DNA of 64,000 nucleotides, from contig JANRKS010000002.1 in the NCBI GenBank assembly GCA_033763315.1, positions 480,001 through 544,000 of the forward strand, in the 5' to 3' direction. Below are positions 56,782 to 64,000 of this stretch, in pieces; positions within the stretch are counted from its first letter, which is position 1; each line of letters opens with the position of its first letter. The notes under the pieces were generated by a model. That model searched no databases. It was not told the origin of the DNA and was given only the letters and a program-made list of their open reading frames with translations. A program made the position numbers and the translations under genes. This DNA is from Deltaproteobacteria bacterium. Its GTDB lineage: Bacteria > Myxococcota_A > Polyangia > Fen-1088.

Positions 56782-57912
56782 TTATCGGCTGCGTCGGTAG
56801 AAGGGGCCGGTGACCACTTCCGCCGGCACTGTTTTGCCACGGCAATCTACGAAAAGTTGGGTGTTCTGGGATGCCAATGGGCTAGGCACATACGCCATTC
56901 CCACGTTCTTGCCAACGGTTGGGCCCACGCCACCCGAAGTCACCTCACCCACCACGCCCGCAGGCTGGCCGTTTTCGCTGGCGAGCACGGGGTAACCGTG
57001 GCGTGCGATGCCTCGATCCTTCATGACAAAGCCCACCAGCCGCCGCTGCAGACCCGCTGCCTTTTGCGCCGCCAGCGCTTGCGACCCGATGAAGGGGCCT
57101 TTGTCGAACTTGACCACCCAGCCCAGCCCCGCTTCGAGGGGGCTGGTGGCATCGGACAGATCGTTGCCATAAAGCGGCAGCTTTGCTTCCAAGCGCAAGG
57201 TGTCGCGCGCGCCCAGGCCCGCGGCGCCTCCCCCCTGCGCGGCCGCGGCTTGCACCAGCGCCTCAAACAAGGACGGTGCGTCCGATGGGGCGCAAAAGAT
57301 CTCGACGCCGTCTTCGCCGGTATAGCCGGTGCGGGCCACCCACGTGGCGTGCCCCGCGATTTCCACGTCACACCGAAGCCCGAACGAAGGCAGCCGCGAC
57401 AAGTCCGCAGCCCCCAGCGTCTCCAGTGTTTCGATGGCCTTCGGTCCTTGATATGCAATCAATGCGGTGCCGTCCGACTCGTTGTCGATGCTGCACACGC
57501 CGCCCGTGTTTTCTTTGAACCAGGCCAGATCTTTGTCGATGTTGGCCGCGTTCACCACGGTGAGAAAATGGTTGGGCGCGATCCGGTATACGATGAGGTC
57601 GTCCACAATGCCGCCTGCCGGGTTGCAAGCGACGGTGTACAGCGCCTGCCCGTCGGCGAGGCGAGCGACGTCGTTCGTCACCAGCGCCTGCAGGGCTTCC
57701 ACGGCCCGCGCTCCGCGAAAATGAAATTCACCCATGTGCGACACATCAAAAACGCCGATCGCGTTTCGGGTGGCCGCATGCTCGGCCAGGATACCGCCAG
57801 CGTAGTTGACGGGCAGAGCCCAACCGCCAAAATCGATGATTTTGCCCCCGAGGCGCTTGTGCACGTCATAAAGGGGTGTTTTGCGGGGAGCGGCGGCAGT
57901 GGCTTCGGTCAT
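56782..57912 (-). CDS. gcvT: Glycine cleavage aminomethyltransferase T
   Basis: KTPLY, FDVSHMG, RTGYTGEDG.E, GLGARDTLRLEA, PFY. Confidence 0.97.
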   Translation of the reverse strand: MTEATAAAPRKTPLYDVHKRLGGKIIDFGGWALPVNYAGGILAEHAATRNAIGVFDVSHMGEFHFRGARAVEALQALVTNDVARLADGQALYTVACNPAGGIVDDLIVYRIAPNHFLTVVNAANIDKDLAWFKENTGGVCSIDNESDGTALIAYQGPKAIETLETLGAADLSRLPSFGLRCDVEIAGHATWVARTGYTGEDGVEIFCAPSDAPSLFEALVQAAAAQGGGAAGLGARDTLRLEAKLPLYGNDLSDATSPLEAGLGWVVKFDKGPFIGSQALAAQKAAGLQRRLVGFVMKDRGIARHGYPVLASENGQPAGVVGEVTSGGVGPTVGKNVGMAYVPSPLASQNTQLFVDCRGKTVPAEVVTGPFYRRSR

Positions 57913-58076
57913 AGGCGGCGCCATACTCGGAGAAACGGGCTCGGCGATCAAGGCCTTGTGGAGTGACGGAGCCGAAAGGAGTCTGTTTGCGTCAATTACA
58001 GCCGCTTGGCGTTCAGGTGGGCCGCCAAGCGCTCGCGCCACGTCGCAATGTCGCGAGCATCAACAGTAGGTCGCCT

Positions 58077-59168
58077 TCAGTCTTGCAGACCTAGACCCAG
58101 CACCTGCTTGCAATAGCGCAAGCTTCGCATCACTTGATCCTTTTGGTACGCCTGATCGGCTTTGGCGGCCTCCGCTCCCGCCGGCGGCTTCCATCCCGGC
58201 ACAGGCTTGCCTTTACGTGCAAGCTTGAGCCACGGTGCAAGCTCCGCCGCGGTAAAGCCGTCATAAGCTTTCCAGAAATCAGCATCGAACAACGCAAACT
58301 CTTTGCTGAAACCAGAAATGGTTTCGATGTGCACGGGCAACCCAGGGCACAACGTTGCAAAGCGGTCGAAGTAGGCGGGCCAATCGACCACGCCGTCGCC
58401 CATCGCCGCCCACTGGACCGTGACGCCCTTGTCGCTCTCCCACACGTGGCTGTCACGCAAACTCGTGGTCAACGCGTAGGGGCCCAAGATTTCAAGGTTG
58501 GTCATCGGATCCTCCAGCGCCCATACGGCGTTGCCCGAATCCATGTTCACGCCCACAAAATCCTTGCCTGCTTGCTCCACCAAGCCCACCAATTCACGGG
58601 CACGCATATCACCGGCGTGGTTCTCAACGGCGATCTTTATGCCGGCGTCTTTGCAGCGGCTGCGGTGCCGCTTTAAGACCTTCACCGTGTCTTGGATGCG
58701 TGCCTTGATCCCGCCGGCGCCGAGCCGATCCTGCTGGTTACCCAAAACCACGCGCAGCACGGGCGAGCCCAGATCGTGCGCCATGCGAATGCCGAGCTGA
58801 AGGTGCTCGTCCACGTTGCCCCAGTTGTTCTTCCACGTATTCGATGAGGGGCAAACGCTCCACGTGCCCAAGTGGATATGCACGCCTTTGTCCGCGGCTT
58901 TTTGGCGCAGCTCCTTGAGGTGTGCGGTTTCGCGGCTTTCAAAGGCATCCAGATCTGTGATGAACAGCGAATCCAGCTTTGCTTCCGCAGAAAAGTCGAT
59001 CAGTGCCTGCGCCTTCCAACCAAACGCGCGCATCGCAAAGTTGTCGATGCCTAGCTTGATTTTGCGTTTGGTCACAGCCGCTGAAGCGGAGGTGAAGGCG
59101 AGGGCCGTGGTGGCCGCTCCAGCTGCGGCAAAACATTCACGTCGGGTGAGGCGAGGGTGAAGGCTCAT
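58077..59168 (-). CDS. Tat-exported xylose-isomerase-like TIM-barrel protein (sugar phosphate isomerase/epimerase family)
   Basis: LTRRECF Tat signal, AVENH, D.GN, G.G.VDW, HIE. Confidence 0.82.
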   Translation of the reverse strand: MSLHPRLTRRECFAAAGAATTALAFTSASAAVTKRKIKLGIDNFAMRAFGWKAQALIDFSAEAKLDSLFITDLDAFESRETAHLKELRQKAADKGVHIHLGTWSVCPSSNTWKNNWGNVDEHLQLGIRMAHDLGSPVLRVVLGNQQDRLGAGGIKARIQDTVKVLKRHRSRCKDAGIKIAVENHAGDMRARELVGLVEQAGKDFVGVNMDSGNAVWALEDPMTNLEILGPYALTTSLRDSHVWESDKGVTVQWAAMGDGVVDWPAYFDRFATLCPGLPVHIETISGFSKEFALFDADFWKAYDGFTAAELAPWLKLARKGKPVPGWKPPAGAEAAKADQAYQKDQVMRSLRYCKQVLGLGLQD

Positions 59169-59178
59169 GTGTTGTGTC

Positions 59179-60900
59179 TCAGTTCGAAGGGGCTGCTACC
59201 GCTGTGGGAGGTGAGGTTTGTACGGGCCGTTCGGGATTCAAATACCAGGCTAAAACGGCGGCGCCTTGATCCTGGGCGGCGCGCGCCAGGGCCATATCGG
59301 TGACGTCGTTCATCAAGAAAGAAAACACCAATGGTCCGCGCGTGGGGGACCCTGCCATGCCCGACAAACAACTCGCCGCCAACAAGGTGCCCGTTTTCGC
59401 ACGCACATATCGTTCGGCAGCTGTGCCTGCCATGCGCGGCCCGAGTGTGCCGTCGATGCCGGCCAACGACAACGAAGCCGCAAACTCGCCCGCGATGCGA
59501 AAGTCCCGCAACGCCGCACGCACCACCATCGTTATTTGCTCGGCCGAAAAGCGGTTCGAGTCGTAAAGACCGGCGCCATTTTCCATGCGATACGTGCCGC
59601 GGCGAATCCCCACGCCTTCAAGGTACCGCGCGATCGCTTCGAGGCCCTTATCCCAGTTGCCGGGGGTGCCTATGATTTGCGCGCCAAGCGTGCGCACCAG
59701 CTGTTCGGCCGCGAAATTGTTGGAGCGTTTGTTCAGCTCGTGAACCAGCACGCCCAAGGGTTCGGATACATGCGTGGCCAACAGACGTTGCCCCTGGGGC
59801 GTGGCGCCCAGTTTGACTTGGCCGGCCAGCACAATGCCCCTCTGCGCGAAGATCGCGGCGGTGGTGTAGCCCGCATACAACGCGGGGTTCACCACACGTC
59901 GATAAAACGTTCTTGGTTGTTGGCCCACCGCCACGCGCCCTGACACGGCCACAAGCGTGCGCCCGTGAACGCTGTTTGCGCCATCGGCCGGCGCTTCTGA
60001 CGTTTCGATCACGGGCCACGCTGGCCCCTTGCCGGCTGTCAGAATTTTTCCTGTCAGCTGCACATAGGGCGACTCGGGCGTCACCAACACCTTAGCCACG
60101 GTGCCTGCCTGCGATGCCGGGATCACCGTTACCCCCAGGGCGTTGCTGTTGAGCGATACGGCCGAAGAGGGGGCGCGAAACGCACCCGATTCTTCTTTCT
60201 GCTCGTACGCGGGCGGCACGGTTTGTTCATCAAAGAACGTGGCGTCCACCACGAGGTTGCCTTTGATCTTGCGAACACCCAACGCCCATAACTGGTTCGC
60301 CAGATCGCTGAGATCCGCATCGACCAACGTCGGATCGCCGCCGCCGCGCAAATGCACGTCCCCCACCAGCTCGCCCCCGGCTTCAAGGTAGCGCCCCGCC
60401 GTTCGTTGCGGGCCGTAGACAACCGTACGAAAGCGATACTCTGGCCCCAGCAGCGAAAGCGCGGCTGCCGCCGTCATCAACTTCACATTGGATGCTGCGT
60501 TGAGGCCCAAGCGTGCATCGCGCCCGTAAACCACGCGTCCCGATTCGTGATCCACAACAAGCACCGAAACCTTGCCTGCGCCCAAGGGCGGTGGCAGGTG
60601 GCCGGGCCCCCCAAACAGCCCATCCAAACTCGTGGCCAACCACTTGGCGCGTGCGGCCCCATCAAGTGGCGGGGGCACCAACACAGGCAGCGCACCGGGC
60701 TTGGGCGCAAGGCCTTGCCCCAAGGGCTCGTCGTCTGTCAGCGGCGATGAGACGGCTGGCGCTGGCGCAGGCGCGGGTGGCGTCACTGGCGAAGGCACCA
60801 CGAAGGGCACCTGCAGGGGTGCGGGATGCGCACACGCCGTGGCGATGCCCAGCAAGGCCCAAGTGCCAAGTCGTCGAACGCCAACGAAGAAATGCCGCAT
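59179..60900 (-). CDS. dacB: D-Ala-D-Ala carboxypeptidase/endopeptidase (PBP4)
   Basis: ASNVK (SxxK), GGGDP, SNN, GAGL, AKTGTL; lipobox ATA-C. Confidence 0.93.
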   Translation of the reverse strand: MRHFFVGVRRLGTWALLGIATACAHPAPLQVPFVVPSPVTPPAPAPAPAVSSPLTDDEPLGQGLAPKPGALPVLVPPPLDGAARAKWLATSLDGLFGGPGHLPPPLGAGKVSVLVVDHESGRVVYGRDARLGLNAASNVKLMTAAAALSLLGPEYRFRTVVYGPQRTAGRYLEAGGELVGDVHLRGGGDPTLVDADLSDLANQLWALGVRKIKGNLVVDATFFDEQTVPPAYEQKEESGAFRAPSSAVSLNSNALGVTVIPASQAGTVAKVLVTPESPYVQLTGKILTAGKGPAWPVIETSEAPADGANSVHGRTLVAVSGRVAVGQQPRTFYRRVVNPALYAGYTTAAIFAQRGIVLAGQVKLGATPQGQRLLATHVSEPLGVLVHELNKRSNNFAAEQLVRTLGAQIIGTPGNWDKGLEAIARYLEGVGIRRGTYRMENGAGLYDSNRFSAEQITMVVRAALRDFRIAGEFAASLSLAGIDGTLGPRMAGTAAERYVRAKTGTLLAASCLSGMAGSPTRGPLVFSFLMNDVTDMALARAAQDQGAAVLAWYLNPERPVQTSPPTAVAAPSN

Positions 60901-61062
60901 GCGTGACCCTACTTAACCTTAGGAACGCCTTCGGGTCTAGCCGCCAATGCCATGCGCCACACTTGTCCTTCACTATTCCTTGATTGCGTGCGCGCACCGT
61001 CTCACTGTGGCCATGTGACCACCCTTTGCCTCACGTTCGCACCGCGCATCGGCGGGCTGATC

Positions 61063-62586
61063 GTGATCGCCGCACGGCTGATCGTTTTGGCTGCGTGTCT
61101 GCAAGCGTGTCGGCCCTCGCCGAAGCCTCCAGGCTCAATCGTCGTACTGACCGAATCGCCCATCACCCGCTTAGACCCGCGGTTTGCTCTCGGCGCGTGG
61201 GAAGTGCGCGTGTCACGCCTGGTGGCGCCGGGGCTTACGATGCCCGGCTACGCGCCGGGTGAGGCCGGCTTGGCTGAACATGTTAACTTCGTGGACGCAA
61301 GTCATGTGGAAGTTGCCTTACGCCCCGACGCGCGCTTCTCGTCGGGCCGCCCTGTGACGGCGGCTGACGTGGCCTTCACGTTCACGTCTGTCTTGGACCC
61401 CGCTTTACAAAGCCCCTACCGCGCAGCCTTGGCTGAAACGCTGGAAGCCGTGCAGGTCTTGGATGAACGACGGGTGTTGTTTGTGCTGAAGGTGCCGCGC
61501 GCTTCTTTCACGGCGGATCTGCAGATGGGTATTGTTGATCGCCTTGCCGGCGGTGCTTCCGTCATCGGCGCCGGGCCCTTCATGAGCAAGAATCTTGCCA
61601 CGGATCGCGTCGAGCTTGTGGCCAATCCGTTCGCGGCGATGCGCCCCAAGCTTTCGCTGATCGTGCGCACCATACGCGACGACAACGCGCGCATCATTGC
61701 GCTGTTGGGTCGATCGGGCGACGTGATCCTCAATGGCATAACGCCGCAGGTCTTGCCGTCGTTGCAGGCACATCAAGACTTGCGCATCACCACGGCTCCC
61801 AGCGCCACCATCACTTACTTGGGCTTTAACCTTAGCGATCCGCTGCTGTCTAACCCAAAGGTGCGCCGCGCGATTGCGCTTGCCATCAACAAGGATGAAC
61901 TCATCGCCTCGCGCCTGGCGAACCAAGCGGCCGCGGCTGACTCTTTGTTGTCCACCGACAACCCGTTTTATTCACCGAGCCCACAGCTTCACTTCGATCC
62001 CGCGCGCGCCAAACGATTGCTCGACGAAGCGGGTTTTCCGGATCCCGATGGGGCAGGGCCCGCGGCGCGGTTTTCGTTGGTGTGGAAATCCAGCAACAAC
62101 CGGTTCCGCATGAGCGTCGCGGAAGCCATCGCCCAACAGCTCAAAGACGTAGGCATCGTCGTGCATGTGAGGGCTTACGAGTTTGCAACGCTGATGCAAG
62201 ATCTGCGACGTGGCAACTATCAGCTCTTCTCGCTGCAATTGACCGACGTTTATGAACCCGACTGGCTCCGCTCGACGTTTCACTCCACGCGCATCCCGAC
62301 GCAAGGCAACGGTTGGTCAGGCTTAAATCGTTTCGGTTTCGCAGATCCACAAGTCGACGCGCTGCTTGTGGCTGCATCGTCGTCTCTTGATTTTGAAACG
62401 CGCCGGCGCCTCTACGCCGAGGTTCAAGCCCGCGTGGCCGAAGCCCTACCGTGCGTGCCGTTGTGGCATGAGCATAACGTCCTGGTGACGAGCCGCAGCC
62501 TTTTTGCCGTTCCCCCGCCACGCACGGGCGGCCTGGAGGTGTTGCTGCAAGCGCAGATGCTACCGCCGGGCCCACAATCGCGGTAA
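61063..62586 (+). CDS. ABC transporter substrate-binding protein, family 5 (peptide/nickel)
   Basis: LDPR, LR.DARF.SG.PVTA.DV.F, GAGPF, YLGFN, VRRAIALAI; lipobox LQA-C; start estimated. Confidence 0.88.
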   Translation: MIAARLIVLAACLQACRPSPKPPGSIVVLTESPITRLDPRFALGAWEVRVSRLVAPGLTMPGYAPGEAGLAEHVNFVDASHVEVALRPDARFSSGRPVTAADVAFTFTSVLDPALQSPYRAALAETLEAVQVLDERRVLFVLKVPRASFTADLQMGIVDRLAGGASVIGAGPFMSKNLATDRVELVANPFAAMRPKLSLIVRTIRDDNARIIALLGRSGDVILNGITPQVLPSLQAHQDLRITTAPSATITYLGFNLSDPLLSNPKVRRAIALAINKDELIASRLANQAAAADSLLSTDNPFYSPSPQLHFDPARAKRLLDEAGFPDPDGAGPAARFSLVWKSSNNRFRMSVAEAIAQQLKDVGIVVHVRAYEFATLMQDLRRGNYQLFSLQLTDVYEPDWLRSTFHSTRIPTQGNGWSGLNRFGFADPQVDALLVAASSSLDFETRRRLYAEVQARVAEALPCVPLWHEHNVLVTSRSLFAVPPPRTGGLEVLLQAQMLPPGPQSR

Positions 62587-62595
62587 GGAGTACCC

Positions 62596-63930
62596 GTGAG
62601 CGACCTGTTTTCTCGCGCCGCCGTCAAAGATCGCCGTGGCCAGCCACTGGCCGAACGCATGCGTCCACGTCGGTTATCGGAGGTTGTTGGCCAGACGCAG
62701 CTCCTGGGGGCGGGCACGTGGTTGCGCCGTGCGATCGAAGGCAAACGACTCACGTCCATCATCTTGTGGGGCCCTCCCGGGGTGGGAAAAACCACGTTGG
62801 GTCGCCTCATCGCCGACGAGATCGACGCCGATTTCGTTTCGCTCTCGGCTGTCATGTCGGGCGTCAAAGATCTGCGCGAGGCCGTGGCTCAGGCCGAATC
62901 CACCAAGAACCTGCGTGCGCGACGCACGGTCCTGTTTGTGGACGAAATTCATCGCTTCAACAAAGCCCAGCAAGACGCTTTGCTGCCGCACGTGGAAGCC
63001 GGCACGGTGGTCCTGGTGGGTGCCACAACTGAAAACCCTTCGTTCGAGGTGAACGCCGCTCTGCTTTCGAGGGCGAAGGTTCTGGTACTCAAGTCGTTGT
63101 CCACCGAAGATCTCGAGACGCTCGTCCAGCGCGCGTTGACGGATCGCGAGCGTGGTTTAGGGGCTTTGCTCATTCGCTGCGAGCCCAACGTCGTGAAGTT
63201 GATCGCTGCTGAGGCGCGCGGCGACGCCCGGCGTGCGCTTTCCACTTTGGAAGCGGCCGTGGCCGTGAACGAACCCAACAGCGACGGCGAACACCTCATT
63301 GACCGGCGCGCGGTCGAAGAAGCGCTCCAGCGCAAAACGTTGCTTTACGACAAGGCGGGTGACGAGCACTTTGCTGTGGCCAGCGCTCTCATCAAGAGCC
63401 TGCGCGGCAGCGATCCAGACGCCGCCACCTATTGGTTGGCGCGCATGATTGAATCGGGCGAGGATCCAATGTTCATCATGCGCCGCCTGGTGATCTTCGC
63501 TTCGGAAGACGTGGGCAACGCCGATCCTCGCGCGCTCACGGTGGCTGTGTCCGCCATGGAGGCCGCCCGCTTCATTGGGTTCCCTGAGGCTCTATATCCT
63601 CTCACCCAAGCCGCCCTTTATCTGGCTCTCGCCCCCAAGAGCAACTCCGCGGGCACGACGTTTGCCGCCGCCAAAGAAGCCGTGCACGCCAAGGGCGCCT
63701 TGCCCGTGCCGCCTCATCTGCGCAACGCCTCCACGGGCTTGGCTCGCCAAATGGGCCACGGCAAAGATTATTTATACCCCCACGATCACCCAGGCCACCG
63801 CGTTGCCCAACAATATTTGCCCGACGAACTCAAGGGCGCGCGCTTTTACAAGCCTTCAGATCAGGGCGAAGAGCCGGGCTTGGCCGCCACGTATGTGCAA
63901 GATAGGGCAGCCCCAAAACCGAAGGCATAG
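62596..63930 (+). CDS. rarA: Replication-associated recombination protein A
   Basis: PLAERMRP, WGPPGVGKTT, DEIHRFNKAQQD, ATTENP, IKSLRGSDPDA, SEDVGNAD, YLP. Confidence 0.96.
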   Translation: MSDLFSRAAVKDRRGQPLAERMRPRRLSEVVGQTQLLGAGTWLRRAIEGKRLTSIILWGPPGVGKTTLGRLIADEIDADFVSLSAVMSGVKDLREAVAQAESTKNLRARRTVLFVDEIHRFNKAQQDALLPHVEAGTVVLVGATTENPSFEVNAALLSRAKVLVLKSLSTEDLETLVQRALTDRERGLGALLIRCEPNVVKLIAAEARGDARRALSTLEAAVAVNEPNSDGEHLIDRRAVEEALQRKTLLYDKAGDEHFAVASALIKSLRGSDPDAATYWLARMIESGEDPMFIMRRLVIFASEDVGNADPRALTVAVSAMEAARFIGFPEALYPLTQAALYLALAPKSNSAGTTFAAAKEAVHAKGALPVPPHLRNASTGLARQMGHGKDYLYPHDHPGHRVAQQYLPDELKGARFYKPSDQGEEPGLAATYVQDRAAPKPKA

Positions 63931-63950
63931 GCGCGCTCATCCTCGCGGCC

Positions 63951-63985
63951 ACAAAAACAAAAGGCCCGCCGAAGCGAGCCTTTTG
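63951..63985 (-). terminator. Rho-independent terminator, strongest on the minus strand (gene beyond window), possibly bidirectional
   Basis: Minus strand CAAAAGGCTCGC-TTCG-GCGGGCCTTTTG followed by TTTTTGT. Confidence 0.75.
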
Positions 63986-64000
63986 CCTAAATGTGCAACG

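Noticed and set aside
53488-57966. Long antisense ORFs (e.g. 53488-54543, 54925-55995, 56749-57966; also 36710-37807, 46348-47325)
   Set aside because: Shadow ORFs typical of high-GC codon bias opposite well-conserved genes.
57925-58076. Glycine riboswitch before gcvT
   Set aside because: No aptamer consensus on the coding strand; the GGAGA/CCGAAAGGAG-like fragments are on the wrong strand.

Overview
GC-rich, gene-dense chromosomal window, most likely from a Myxococcota (myxobacteria-like) bacterium. This is inferred from the Cys-rich lipoproteins, the ECF-FecR-TPR cassette, the vWA lipoprotein, the Ser/Thr kinase and the TonB-like proteins. Most of the window is core genome: pdxJ, cimA, thrC, thrA, prs-rplY-pth, rpsF-rpsR-rplI-dnaB, lgt, hppD-hmgA, a cobalamin-riboswitch-controlled B12 uptake locus, lon, ttcA, gcvTHP-argJ, dacB and rarA. 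I saw no tRNA, rRNA, CRISPR array or transposase. Three features stand out. (1) A non-coding ~146-nt structured RNA at 991-1137 (-) with a complete sigma-54 promoter architecture (-24/-12 box, IHF-like site, palindromic upstream sites), convergent on a sigma-54 activator gene. (2) An ECF sigma cassette whose anti-sigma factor and outer-membrane beta-barrel both carry AMPK-type glycogen-binding (CBM48) domains, with three copies of GTATCC-N16-CGTTC in promoter positions. (3) An adjacent second ECF/FecR/beta-barrel cassette with its own TGAGCA-N16-GACACT motif. All family calls come from motif recognition by eye, with no database searches. Several start codons were moved downstream of the ORF-track starts.
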